Below, one piece after another: positions 1 through 9,123 of a DNA stretch of 64,000 nucleotides (position 1 is its first letter; each line of letters starts with the position of its first letter). Position numbers and translations under genes: made by a program. Location: positions 34,345-98,344 of IMG/VR virus record IMGVR_UViG_3300031998_000040; one strand, 5' to 3'. The notes under the pieces were generated by a model that was not told where the DNA came from, did not search any database, and saw nothing but the letters and a program-made list of their open reading frames with translations. This stretch comes from a virus. Taxonomy: Duplodnaviria; Caudoviricetes.

Positions 1-159
1 GACTTCATCAACAAGGAACTGATCCCCCACATGGAAGAAAAAGTCCGGCTGTATTCCACCGAGCGTATCAAGCTGGAAAGCGCGGACGGAAAATTCAAGG
101 CGCTGGCGGAGGACCGCAATTCCGGTGGCTACCTCTACGTCGGGGCCTGGGCTGTGTGA
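1..159 (+). CDS. Hypothetical protein, 5'-truncated by window
   Basis: Frame 1 open from base 1 to TGA at 157-159, followed by the AGGAGG of the next gene. Confidence 0.65.
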   Translation, partial: DFINKELIPHMEEKVRLYSTERIKLESADGKFKALAEDRNSGGYLYVGAWAV

Positions 160-171
160 AAGGAGGACACA

Positions 172-333
172 ATGAGTGCCTACACGAGCATGAGCGGCTA
201 TCTCAAAGTAAAAGTCTACCCTGAAACCGGACCGGCTTTCTATGTGCTGGTCCCGGACGAAGTGGAAGACATTGACGAATTTCTGGACGAACACCTGAAG
301 AACGTATCTAACTGGGACGAAGCATCGTACTGA
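172..333 (+). CDS. Small hypothetical protein (53 aa; not in ORF track)
   Basis: AAAGGAGG then ATG172; MSAYTSMSGYLKVKVYP...NWDEASY*. Confidence 0.75.
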   Translation: MSAYTSMSGYLKVKVYPETGPAFYVLVPDEVEDIDEFLDEHLKNVSNWDEASY

Positions 334-351
334 AACGGAAAGGAGGACACA

Positions 352-558
352 ATGGACGTATTCGACTTCTGTAATCTCTGCACCGACGATACGGTGGAAG
401 TCCGCATTTACGACATGAATCCCGCCGTCGAAAACGAGGTTTTCCGGGGAAGCATGTGGGACGCAGAGCAAAGCGCGTTCTCAAACTACGAAGTTCTCAG
501 CTTCGACCTGGACCCCCGCGAAGGGCTGATCCTGAACATCGACACATCCGGAAGCTGA
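352..558 (+). CDS. Hypothetical protein
   Basis: GAAAGGAGGACACAATG, the same RBS context as the preceding gene. Confidence 0.75.
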   Translation: MDVFDFCNLCTDDTVEVRIYDMNPAVENEVFRGSMWDAEQSAFSNYEVLSFDLDPREGLILNIDTSGS

Positions 559-572
559 AAGGAGGGCAGAAC

Positions 573-836
573 ATGGAAAAGAAACCGTTTATCGTTCACT
601 ACACCGTCACCTACCGAAACACCGCTCTGGTCTATGCGGACAGCAAAGAACAGGCAGAGCAGGACGCGATGGACCTCTATCAGGAGGACTATGTAGACCC
701 GGAGGACAACGGCTACGACGGATGCGACATTGACGCTTCCCTGGCTTCTCCGGCTGAGGAAGAATATTACAAATACGACGCCTACGACTGGGAGGCGATC
801 TGTCAGGAAACGCAAAGGGGGTATCACCGTGTCTAA
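573..836 (+). CDS. Acidic hypothetical protein, DpnD/PcfM-like motif
   Basis: AAAGGAGG then ATG573; YTVTYRNTALVYADSKEQAEQDA pattern. Confidence 0.65.
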   Translation: MEKKPFIVHYTVTYRNTALVYADSKEQAEQDAMDLYQEDYVDPEDNGYDGCDIDASLASPAEEEYYKYDAYDWEAICQETQRGYHRV

Positions 837-939
837 GGAACTCACCGCCATCTTCCGTAAGTACGGCCTGTACTACGAGCTGGGCAACGCCTGGAACCTC
901 ACCGCCTATCCCCTGTGAATTTCGGAAAGGAGAAATCAC

Positions 940-1182
940 ATGAAGTCCTGTGATAACTGCAAGCGCCGGTATTACCGGAACCCCTGGGACAAGCTCATTG
1001 AGACCTGCCTGCACTACGAAATGAGCGTGGAAGAAAACGGCAAGGACCCGGCCCGCGTAGCCGAGAGCTGTCCGCAGTACGCCGAAGGGACGCCGGATTG
1101 CTTTGACCGGGAAGAAGCGCGGGACTACTCCCCCTCCGCTCCCTGGAACGCACCCGGCATGAGCCCCCGCGATTTCTACTGA
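940..1182 (+). CDS. Cys-containing hypothetical protein
   Basis: AAAGGAG RBS; CxxC; C-terminal DYSPSAPWNAPGMS. Confidence 0.75.
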   Translation: MKSCDNCKRRYYRNPWDKLIETCLHYEMSVEENGKDPARVAESCPQYAEGTPDCFDREEARDYSPSAPWNAPGMSPRDFY

Positions 1183-1205
1183 TTTCGGAAAGGAGAAAAC
1201 GACGA

Positions 1206-1487
1206 ATGAAGCTCACCTACTACAACAGCGCAAAGTTTGAGAAGACCACCACGGTGGAGGTCTCCGCCATTCTCAGCACCCCTGAGCCGGACGAACTCAC
1301 CGACAATGACCGGGCGGCGCTTCGGTCTGGGGATATGATCCCAATGTGCAACTTCGCCGTCAAGGGGGATAACTACCCGGCCTCCGCGCATTGGATGGCT
1401 GTTCCCTGGAACTGGGTCATTGAGATCATCGAAGACTCCGGCTCTGGCTGGATAGCGTCCGGGAAAAGCCCCAGCGATTTTTATTAA
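1206..1487 (+). CDS. Hypothetical protein
   Basis: AAAGGAG RBS; operon context. Confidence 0.7.
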   Translation: MKLTYYNSAKFEKTTTVEVSAILSTPEPDELTDNDRAALRSGDMIPMCNFAVKGDNYPASAHWMAVPWNWVIEIIEDSGSGWIASGKSPSDFY

Positions 1488-1575
1488 AACTTTTCCCCAC
1501 GGGGTTGCATTTCCCGTTTCATCGCCGCCTCTTAAGGCGCACCACAAAAACACAAAATGAAAAGGAGAAAAGAAA

Positions 1576-2526
1576 ATGCCTGCTGAAGTCGAATCTATGA
1601 TGTACACCCGCGAGAAGCCCTGGCACGGGCTCGGAACGATGGTCGCCGAGGCTCCCACCTCTGCAGACGCTCTGCGCCTGGCCGGTCTGGACTGGACGGT
1701 GGAGCAGCGCCCTGTCTTCCTGGAAAACGCCGCCGTCCCCGTCCCCAACTATAAGGCGAATGTCCGGGACCGGGACAACAAGGTGCTGGGCATCGTCACC
1801 GACCGCTATCAGGTGGTCCAGAACGCGGACGCCTTTTCCTGGACGGATGAACTGATCGGCGGCGACGTGCGCTACGAGACCGCCGGTTCCCTGCGTGAAG
1901 GGAAAAAAATCTGGCTGCTGGCGAAGATGCCTGCAGCGAAAGTCGCCGGGGATGATGTGGAGCCATACCTCTGCTTCTCCAACACCCACGACGGCAGCGG
2001 CGCGGTGAAGGTCTGCATGACCCCTGTGCGCGTGGTGTGCAATAACACCCTCAATCTGGCGCTGAACTCCGCCAAGCGCTCCTGGGCCATGAAGCACGTC
2101 GGGGATATGACCGCCAAGCTGGACGAGGCCCGCCGCACCCTGGAGCTGGCCGACCGCTACATGATGCACCTGGACGGCGCGGCCCTCCAGCTCGCCAACG
2201 TCACGGTCACGGACGAAAAGCTGGAGAAGATCCTGAGCGAAATGTTCCCGCTGAAGGAGGACGCCACGGAGCGGCAGAAGAACACCGTCAAGGCGGTGAA
2301 GGACGAGTTCATGATCTGCTACTTCATGCCGGACCTGGCGAAGTTCCGGGGCACCGGCTGGGGCGTGGTGAACGCCATGGCGGATATGGTGGACCACTCC
2401 AAGCCCCGGCGAGATACCGGAAACTACCGGGAAAACAACTGGGCCCGGATCATGGACGGACACGAGCTGGTGGATCGCGTGACGGCGAAGGTCATGGATA
2501 TGGTGGGTGGCCTGGTCCTGGCCTGA
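1576..2526 (+). CDS. DUF932 family phage/plasmid protein
   Basis: PWHGLG, AGLDW, ETAGSL, NTHDGS, PVRVVCNNTL motifs. Confidence 0.9.
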   Translation: MPAEVESMMYTREKPWHGLGTMVAEAPTSADALRLAGLDWTVEQRPVFLENAAVPVPNYKANVRDRDNKVLGIVTDRYQVVQNADAFSWTDELIGGDVRYETAGSLREGKKIWLLAKMPAAKVAGDDVEPYLCFSNTHDGSGAVKVCMTPVRVVCNNTLNLALNSAKRSWAMKHVGDMTAKLDEARRTLELADRYMMHLDGAALQLANVTVTDEKLEKILSEMFPLKEDATERQKNTVKAVKDEFMICYFMPDLAKFRGTGWGVVNAMADMVDHSKPRRDTGNYRENNWARIMDGHELVDRVTAKVMDMVGGLVLA

Positions 2527-2536
2527 CAAAACACAA

Positions 2537-2562
2537 GGCGGGGAGGAAAAATCCTCCCCGCC
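2537..2562 (+). terminator. GC-rich hairpin after DUF932 gene
   Basis: GGCGGGGAGGA-AAAA-TCCTCCCCGCC; no U-tract, so possibly a stabilising or processing hairpin. Confidence 0.4.
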
Positions 2563-2581
2563 ACCTCGAAAGGAGAGCGAA

Positions 2582-2827
2582 ATGAAAAAGTGGTATATAT
2601 GCCAATATGGGCAGCATCATATTCAGGCCCCGCATGAGTGTCGCCCGATTGGTGTCGCCATTCAGAAAACAGCCGTCGATAACAAAACCGATCCCGGTTT
2701 TGAAGATATGTCAGCTTTCAGCGATTGGCTTTCCAAAAAGGGTCTTTGCGCCTTTGGCGAAGGTTATGCAAATACCCTGGGGGTTCGTCCCCAACAGTCT
2801 TTTCCGATCTTATATGAAGGGAGATAG
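2582..2827 (+). CDS. Hypothetical protein
   Basis: AAAGGAG RBS then ATG2582. Confidence 0.65.
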   Translation: MKKWYICQYGQHHIQAPHECRPIGVAIQKTAVDNKTDPGFEDMSAFSDWLSKKGLCAFGEGYANTLGVRPQQSFPILYEGR

Positions 2828-2832
2828 AGAAC

Positions 2833-3126
2833 ATGAGCAGATGGACGATCAAAGAGCTTTCCACCCTGAACAGCTTCGATTTCGCCGGGGCGATCCTTTT
2901 GGAGCGCCGGGGCCCGCTGAACCCCATGTCTCCCCTGTACCGGAAGCTCTCCGAATCCCGTGTGGAAATCCTTGCCGCCGCCGAGCGTGAGCGCATGATC
3001 TTCGACTGTGAATCCTCCGACTGTGCCTATAACCACGGCGGCGAGTGCCGCTTTGCCCGCGTCCACGAGCGCAGGCCGGAAATCTCGATGGAAAACGGCT
3101 GCGCGGAATACTTCTGCGCCGACTGA
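2833..3126 (+). CDS. Hypothetical protein, Cys-rich C-terminus
   Basis: AAGGAG RBS. Confidence 0.7.
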   Translation: MSRWTIKELSTLNSFDFAGAILLERRGPLNPMSPLYRKLSESRVEILAAAERERMIFDCESSDCAYNHGGECRFARVHERRPEISMENGCAEYFCAD

Positions 3127-3142
3127 AAGAAAGGAGAGCAAT

Positions 3143-3718
3143 ATGGGCCAGCGTTCACAAATCTATCTGCGCCATAACGGCGACCTGGTATTCGCCAACT
3201 ACTACCAGTGGAACTACGGGGAGCGCATGGTCTCCCGCGCCCGCTGGGGCATCGGCTATATCAAGCAGTTCTCGGAAAAGGGCTATGAATGGGTGTTCCG
3301 TGACCCGGCCTACGTCCTGAAAATGCGCCGCTTCTTCGACGTGAACTTCGATATGCACGACATTCAGATTTCTTCTGACATTCTCAAAGAGCGTGAAGAA
3401 CAGTTCCCTGACGAGGATTTCAACGACTTTGTATTCGACACGCAGGACAACAACGACGGTCAGCTTTTTGTGGATATTCGCGGGGAAAAAATCTTCTACG
3501 CCTTCACGGACGGATACCGCATCCGCAAGATCATGGACGCCGAAGCCTATATGGAATGGGATGCCGGTGACTGGCGCAACAGCGAGTATATCAAGCCGGA
3601 AATGAAAGCCGCCTGCGAAGCGAACATCAAGGCCATTCCCGAAATGGCAGAACTGATGACCCCCGAACAGCTTGAGGATTTCGTCCACGGCTACAGCGAC
3701 CCCGTAAAGCCGTTCTGA
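3143..3718 (+). CDS. Hypothetical protein
   Basis: AAAGGAG then ATG3143 (MGQRSQIY). Confidence 0.8.
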   Translation: MGQRSQIYLRHNGDLVFANYYQWNYGERMVSRARWGIGYIKQFSEKGYEWVFRDPAYVLKMRRFFDVNFDMHDIQISSDILKEREEQFPDEDFNDFVFDTQDNNDGQLFVDIRGEKIFYAFTDGYRIRKIMDAEAYMEWDAGDWRNSEYIKPEMKAACEANIKAIPEMAELMTPEQLEDFVHGYSDPVKPF

Positions 3719-3732
3719 GAAAGGAGCAACAT

Positions 3733-4251
3733 ATGAACTACGCCTACATTCTGTCTCAGCTTCCCATTTCCGACGACCGATGTTTCCGCGACTATGAAAG
3801 CATCATCACCCACTTCGGCTCCGTCGATCCCGCCGGATATGTCTACGCCGACGCCGGGATCGTCGAAGCGGACACGCCTGCCGAAGCCTGCGAAAAGCTC
3901 TTTGAAATTTACAACATCAACCATCCTGCCGACTACGAGGGGCGCAGCATGAGCGTCAGTGACATCGTAAAGCTGTCCTCCGACGAATCCCCCTTCTGCC
4001 GTGACCTCTGGTTCTGTGACAGCATCGGCTTCAAAAAGCTGAATGATACACAGGCTGCATCCCCTGAACCTGCGCGTCACAAATACAATGTCACCTTCAC
4101 CATCGACGGGCGCTATTCCGTTGATGTCGCGGCCGCAGACCGGGCGGAAGCAAAAGAAATCGCGGAGTGCAGTTTTGAAGCCGCAAACTTCGGCCCCCTG
4201 GAAATCGTAGATTCCAAAATCTCCATTGTGGCAGGCTATCCCGGAACATGA
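3733..4251 (+). CDS. YodL-domain protein with extra C-terminal module
   Basis: LFEIYNINHPADYEGRSMSVSDIV...FCDSIGFKKL matches the YodL motif. Confidence 0.85.
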   Translation: MNYAYILSQLPISDDRCFRDYESIITHFGSVDPAGYVYADAGIVEADTPAEACEKLFEIYNINHPADYEGRSMSVSDIVKLSSDESPFCRDLWFCDSIGFKKLNDTQAASPEPARHKYNVTFTIDGRYSVDVAAADRAEAKEIAECSFEAANFGPLEIVDSKISIVAGYPGT

Positions 4252-4268
4252 AAGGAGCAGCGCAGAGC

Positions 4269-4541
4269 ATGAAATCCATATCCGGTAAATTCTCCCGCGT
4301 TTCCGCCACGGACTACCATGACGGCGTTGTGCTTGTCGGTCTCTGCGGCAACGTGTGGCCCCACGACCTCACGACCGAGCACAAATACTACATCATGAAT
4401 TTCTATAACATGAACCCCTGCCGCATCACTCTATGCGCCGAGTGGCCGGAGGGCATAGAGCCCGCCTATCCTGCGGCCAAGAAAAATTTCGTCAACGGGT
4501 TTGTCCTGCTGGATAACCGTCCCCCTGTCGCGGAATCTTGA
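4269..4541 (+). CDS. Hypothetical protein
   Basis: AAAGGAG RBS upstream of ATG4269. Confidence 0.6.
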   Translation: MKSISGKFSRVSATDYHDGVVLVGLCGNVWPHDLTTEHKYYIMNFYNMNPCRITLCAEWPEGIEPAYPAAKKNFVNGFVLLDNRPPVAES

Positions 4542-4566
4542 CACGTCCGCCCGCTCATGGTAAAGT
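4538..4566 (+). promoter_or_regulatory. Sigma-A type promoter
   Basis: TTGACA-17 bp-TAAAGT with extended TG. Confidence 0.7.
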
Positions 4567-4587
4567 CAGCGCAAAGGAGGGCTTTTG

Positions 4588-4845
4588 ATGGCAGATAACA
4601 AAGCAAAGTATAAAGCGAACCGGACGTACCGGGCGAAACACTATGACCGCATCGAAGTCCAGATACCCGCAGGAGCCAAAGAAAAGCTGAAGGAGTTTGC
4701 GGAACAGGCCGGGGAAAAGAGCCTTTCTTCCTGGCTCATGGGTTTGATCGAGCGCGAGACGGGGATCTCACTTGTCCTGCGCGGTGAGCTTCCCTATTGG
4801 AAGCCTGACGAACAATCATCCAAAGACAGCAGCGGGGCCGATTGA
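4588..4845 (+). CDS. Ribbon-helix-helix (Arc-like) DNA-binding protein
   Basis: YDRIEVQIPAGAKEKLKEFAEQAGEKSLSSWL; AAAGGAGG RBS. Confidence 0.7.
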   Translation: MADNKAKYKANRTYRAKHYDRIEVQIPAGAKEKLKEFAEQAGEKSLSSWLMGLIERETGISLVLRGELPYWKPDEQSSKDSSGAD

Positions 4846-4923
4846 ATAATCGGTCCCGTTTCCGTGTCATAAATGACATGATATATCAAATCTAAAAAAA
4901 CGAAATGGAAGGAGGTATGACAT

Positions 4924-5268
4924 TTGGCAAAACACATCTGTACCGTAAAAATCCCCCGCTCCGTCTATGATCGTGTAAACCGCTTGCTGGCGTTTGGTAC
5001 TCCCTTTGAAGAAATGACGGACGAAGAAATGAGAGACGCCGGTGTGCGCGACCACTACTGCGAGGGAATTTTCACAGCGTTCTTCGACGATGGTTCCCAC
5101 CTGAACTTCGACCTCTGTTCCGGTTCTTCCAACTACTTTGACGACGCAGTATGGACGAGCGCGGACGGACGCACCGACGTGACGTTGGAATGTGCTTTCG
5201 AGCTGTCCGACATCGAAGTGGAAACTGATGGAGAAGTCTACGTCGTCAATCTGAATATCAGCGATTGA
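4924..5268 (+). CDS. Hypothetical protein (TTG start)
   Basis: AAGGAGG RBS. Confidence 0.7.
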   Translation: MAKHICTVKIPRSVYDRVNRLLAFGTPFEEMTDEEMRDAGVRDHYCEGIFTAFFDDGSHLNFDLCSGSSNYFDDAVWTSADGRTDVTLECAFELSDIEVETDGEVYVVNLNISD

Positions 5269-5352
5269 TCGGAGGCTGAAAATTTTGGCTTTCACTTCAC
5301 TTTCCCGTCTTAGAATGATATGATATTTCAAATCTAAAAAACGAAAGGAGCC

Positions 5353-5922
5353 ATGCTTATGACCCTTCTTGACCTTATTCGCAAGCTGCACGCGGAGGGC
5401 AAGCCCGCCGCTGCCTATGATCTGTTTATCTGCGACACCTCTCTGATGACGCCGGAGGAGGCGGTGAGCGCCAGCGCCGACGATACCACCGTCCGCATTG
5501 TTGATCCTTTCATTCCCCCTCAGTACCTAGAATTGGGGGATTATCCCTCCTATGTCTATGTAGAGGACGCCATGACCTACAAGAAGATGACGCGGCTGAA
5601 GGAGAAAATCCCCACCCGCTATCCCCGCCTGCTGGTGGCTCTCGCTTCCGACCGCAACGCCAGTTTCTATAAGCGATACAAAGGGAAGCACTGGAAGGAC
5701 ATTCCGCCGATAGAAGTTCAGTGGGCCACGGAAGATAATCTCGTGGAGCTCCTGCTGGATAAGGGCGGAAACTTCCGCGAGATGGCCTACGCAGGTTACG
5801 AGGGCATTGACGACGCCGTGACCTATTATCCAGTCCGCTCCCCCTACGGCTGCGTGTTCTCCTGGCAGGGCGACATCACCCGCGACCCGCTCCCCGAAGG
5901 GCTGACCCTGATCGAAAAATAA
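5353..5922 (+). CDS. Hypothetical protein
   Basis: AAAGGAG RBS; phage-like codon usage. Confidence 0.75.
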   Translation: MLMTLLDLIRKLHAEGKPAAAYDLFICDTSLMTPEEAVSASADDTTVRIVDPFIPPQYLELGDYPSYVYVEDAMTYKKMTRLKEKIPTRYPRLLVALASDRNASFYKRYKGKHWKDIPPIEVQWATEDNLVELLLDKGGNFREMAYAGYEGIDDAVTYYPVRSPYGCVFSWQGDITRDPLPEGLTLIEK

Positions 5923-5975
5923 AATTTTATCCCACGGTTGCATATCGCAATCCTGAGTTACCTATATAAGCGCAA

Positions 5976-6012
5976 CGCCTGCCCGGTTTTCCGGGCGGGC
6001 GATTTTCTTTTC
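5976..6012 (+). terminator. Rho-independent terminator-like hairpin
   Basis: CGCCTGCCCGG-TTTT-CCGGGCGGGCG followed by a T-rich run. Confidence 0.55.
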
Positions 6013-6029
6013 ATGAAAGGAGAAACGCC

Positions 6030-6212
6030 ATGCGCCTGAGAGACGCAAAGAAGCTGCACAGCGGTGATGAAGTTACCGTAAAGCGCACAAAAGAAATCCT
6101 GCGCGTGATCGAAACCGAATTCGTTTCCGCTCAGGACATTTCAAACGGGATTGCCGGTCTCTCCGTCTTTTTGGAAGACGGAAACTGGTATGGCTACAAA
6201 GAAATTTGCTGA
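6030..6212 (+). CDS. Hypothetical protein
   Basis: AAAGGAG RBS. Confidence 0.7.
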   Translation: MRLRDAKKLHSGDEVTVKRTKEILRVIETEFVSAQDISNGIAGLSVFLEDGNWYGYKEIC

Positions 6213-6227
6213 AAGGAGCGATCTCCA

Positions 6228-6824
6228 ATGACACTCACCTTCACAGCGTCCCCCATGTCCAAGCCCGACGATCTCAGCCTGAAAGCGTCCCTCGCCTGGG
6301 ACTACTTCTTCAATAACGGAAGCTGGTTCTGCACGGAAACCGTCGACGGCAGCATCATCATCACCGACGAGACGCGCAATCTGAGCGGCGCTTTCGTTCT
6401 CCCCGACTATACTTCCTTTCTTGAGTGGCTGGAATCTGACGCCACGGACAAGCTGGCGGAAGACCCCGCCGAGTATTTCCGTGCCTGCGGCGTCGTGCCG
6501 GACAACCTTCTCTCCGATTCCGTGGTGCAAGCCCTTCTCGCCACCATAAACGCGCCTGAGACCTTGGACGTTCCCCCTGTTTCGGCGGAAGAAAAACCGG
6601 AACCTCCCGCTCCAGCATCCCCGGAGCCGAAGATGCAGGATTACTATGTGACCTTCGCCATCGACGGGCGTTATACCGTCAAGGTCGAGGGTAACTGCCT
6701 TGACGCCGCAAAGGACAACGCCCAGACCTTCTTCGAGGCAGAAAACTTCGGTGAGCTGGAGTTTGTGGATTCCAAAATCATCATCGTCGAAGACGAGCAG
6801 GGCAACTTTGTCTACGAAAGCTGA
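6228..6824 (+). CDS. Hypothetical two-domain protein; C-terminal module shared with 3733-4251
   Basis: VTFAIDGRY...FEAENFGELEFVDSKI versus VTFTIDGRY...FEAANFGPLEIVDSKI. Confidence 0.8.
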   Translation: MTLTFTASPMSKPDDLSLKASLAWDYFFNNGSWFCTETVDGSIIITDETRNLSGAFVLPDYTSFLEWLESDATDKLAEDPAEYFRACGVVPDNLLSDSVVQALLATINAPETLDVPPVSAEEKPEPPAPASPEPKMQDYYVTFAIDGRYTVKVEGNCLDAAKDNAQTFFEAENFGELEFVDSKIIIVEDEQGNFVYES

Positions 6825-6838
6825 AAGGAGAATTCACC

Positions 6839-7057
6839 ATGCCCACCATCAAGGGAATCGTCGAATACATCATCCCCTATTTCGGAAACCGCCGCTCCCT
6901 CCCCTACGGAAAGTTGCTTGTTTCAAATGGCAGCCACGAAAAAATCTGCCCTATCATGGAGGACAGCGACGGGCAGTACGTTGTCTTCGACCGGAAGCGC
7001 CGCTACCTTCGGAACGCGGGGAGCCTTTATTCCCCCGTCTTTGAATTCGTCTGCTGA
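6839..7057 (+). CDS. Hypothetical protein
   Basis: AAAGGAG RBS. Confidence 0.7.
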   Translation: MPTIKGIVEYIIPYFGNRRSLPYGKLLVSNGSHEKICPIMEDSDGQYVVFDRKRRYLRNAGSLYSPVFEFVC

Positions 7058-7072
7058 AAGGATAACTTGCGA

Positions 7073-7282
7073 ATGAGAGAGAAATTTCACAAAATCCTGA
7101 TGGACGTTTACCGCGACGCGATTGCCGCCGCAAAAACCCGGCATGACGCGGACTGCATCGGTTGGCTGGCCCACGATGACCCGCGCATTGATTCCACCGA
7201 TTATGAGGAGCTGTATAAACTGATTGAGTTCCGCCACTACCCGGAAGGGCAAGCCGCCCGTTGGGAATGGAACAGCATCTAA
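7073..7282 (+). CDS. Hypothetical protein
   Basis: Operon context; AAAGGA RBS. Confidence 0.6.
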   Translation: MREKFHKILMDVYRDAIAAAKTRHDADCIGWLAHDDPRIDSTDYEELYKLIEFRHYPEGQAARWEWNSI

Positions 7283-7402
7283 ATTTACCCCGCCCTATTC
7301 CCCCGCCGTCCAAAACATGCTATGATATTTCAAAACATTTCGCCAGTCCGTTTTATCGTACACCGAATCTCGCAGAATGAAAAGCGAAAGGAGCGTGACC
7401 CT

Positions 7403-7636
7403 GTGAAACGTACCAAATACAAGGGCTATATCATCGACACGGACAACCTCGGCCGCCCGTATATTTACAACACATCCTCGCCGTATTCCGAAGACTCCGA
7501 CCATGTTTTGATTTACATTGACCCCACACGTCAGCTCGATCAGGCCAAGGCAATTATCAATGACCGCATTTCCACCGGCCAGGATACACGCCATGCCATG
7601 ATAAGCCCCGTGGACGGGAAAATCGTTTTGATGTAA
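7403..7636 (+). CDS. Hypothetical protein (GTG start)
   Basis: AAAGGAG upstream of GTG7403. Confidence 0.6.
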   Translation: MKRTKYKGYIIDTDNLGRPYIYNTSSPYSEDSDHVLIYIDPTRQLDQAKAIINDRISTGQDTRHAMISPVDGKIVLM

Positions 7637-7650
7637 AGGAGGACTCGCCC

Positions 7651-7863
7651 ATGACCTACCACTATTTCTGCGGCAACTGCGGCAAACATTTCGCGTCCGA
7701 AAAACCGGAGCGCGATTCCAAAGGCTACCTCAATGAAATCCCCTGCCCGGAGTGCGGCGCACACGACACCTACCCGGACACACCTTCCGGCGCAACAAAG
7801 AGCGTCCTGGACCAGCTCGATTACGAAGACCGCCTGATCGAACAGCGGGAAGACACCGACTGA
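7651..7863 (+). CDS. Zinc-ribbon protein
   Basis: CGNCG...CPECG; AAAGGAGG RBS. Confidence 0.75.
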   Translation: MTYHYFCGNCGKHFASEKPERDSKGYLNEIPCPECGAHDTYPDTPSGATKSVLDQLDYEDRLIEQREDTD

Positions 7864-7877
7864 GCCGCACGTCAATC

Positions 7878-7907
7878 TTGCGAAGTACATCCCCGCCATA
7901 GTATAAT
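7878..7907 (+). promoter_or_regulatory. Sigma-A type promoter upstream of PemK/MazF-like gene
   Basis: TTGCGA-18 bp-TATAAT. Confidence 0.6.
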
Positions 7908-7992
7908 GAAATCGAATCATTCATTTCGGATTTGAAAAAACGAGCCTTGCCCCACCGGGCGAGGCTCAAATTGTTTTAAGGTGGAATTGTTT

Positions 7993-8460
7993 ATGCCTGA
8001 TTACAAGCGCGGAGAAATCTACTATGTCGCCCCCAACTATTCCGAGACCGGCTCCGAAATCTGGAGCGGACGCCCCGCCGTCATCGTTTCCAATGACGAA
8101 CTGAACCGCTGCCGCAACTGCGTGGAGGTGGTCTACCTCACCACCCGCCCGAAGCAGGATTCTCCCTGCCATGTGATCCTTCATGCCACCGGGAAGCAGT
8201 CCACCGCCCTGTGCGAGCAGATTTCCACCGTGGACAAGGTGCGCATGACGTTCAGCGGCAACGTCCCCTGCGCCTGCACGAAGAAGGAACTTGCGGAAAT
8301 CGATGCCGCCCTTCTGTACTCCCTGTCGCTGGACGCCCCGGCCCCGGTGACGACCCTCGACCTCGACAAGACCCGTCTGCTGGCCGAGCGTGACATCTAC
8401 AAGCGGATGTATGAGGACCTGCTGGAACGCTTCACCGGCGTCGTCAGCGTAGGCGCGTGA
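7993..8460 (+). CDS. PemK/MazF-family toxin-like protein (orphan)
   Basis: KRGEIYY, GSE, RPAVIVSND, LTT, CEQISTVDK motifs. Confidence 0.85.
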   Translation: MPDYKRGEIYYVAPNYSETGSEIWSGRPAVIVSNDELNRCRNCVEVVYLTTRPKQDSPCHVILHATGKQSTALCEQISTVDKVRMTFSGNVPCACTKKELAEIDAALLYSLSLDAPAPVTTLDLDKTRLLAERDIYKRMYEDLLERFTGVVSVGA

Positions 8461-8474
8461 AATGGGGTAGTCGT

Positions 8475-8837
8475 ATGAGCAGATATATCTGTGATTCCTG
8501 CGGTGCTTCCTTCAACTTCTCCATATCCCCGTCTTTCTGCCCGATATGCGGGAAAGAGGGCACGGCGTCTCGTGACATGCGTCGGGCAAAGGAAACCGCC
8601 CAGCGCCTCATAGCGGAGCTGAACGGTGAGGACATCCCGGTGCTGGAATCCCTCCACGCCGGGTATATCGCCCAGCTCGCCAAGATCAACGCAAAGCTGG
8701 AAACCCTGCGGCAGTACAAGAAGCGGGGGATCGTCTCCCCGGAGGAAATTCCCGTTGTCGTTTTGAAATCGGCGCGTGACGCCCTGAAAGAATACCGTGA
8801 ACAGCGGAGGGAGGAAAAGAATGAGCATACTGATTAA
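8475..8837 (+). CDS. Zinc-ribbon/coiled-coil protein
   Basis: CDSCG...CPICG. Confidence 0.7.
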   Translation: MSRYICDSCGASFNFSISPSFCPICGKEGTASRDMRRAKETAQRLIAELNGEDIPVLESLHAGYIAQLAKINAKLETLRQYKKRGIVSPEEIPVVVLKSARDALKEYREQRREEKNEHTD

Positions 8838-9123
8838 GGAACTTCACCTTCCGTCAGAACACCTCTACCCGCTGCACTTGACAATCTATTCCGATGGCTC
8901 TGTCTTCTGCGGTCACGGGATCGGGAAGCGTAGCTATGAGGCTATCGAAGTCCCCGTTCCACATGGGAGGCTGGTAGACCTGGACGTGCTGGAGGCTCAC
9001 GGAGATTGCCTGTCCAAGCTCTGCGTTGATTATGATGCCCCTCCGGGTAACAGGGCTTGGCGTGAGTGCGTCCCGTTCGACGATATTCCAACAATAATTC
9101 CGGCAGAGGAGGAAACGACATGA
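8821..9123 (+). CDS. Hypothetical phage protein
   Basis: GGAGG RBS; PHGRLVD motif. Confidence 0.7.
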   Translation: MSILIKELHLPSEHLYPLHLTIYSDGSVFCGHGIGKRSYEAIEVPVPHGRLVDLDVLEAHGDCLSKLCVDYDAPPGNRAWRECVPFDDIPTIIPAEEETT

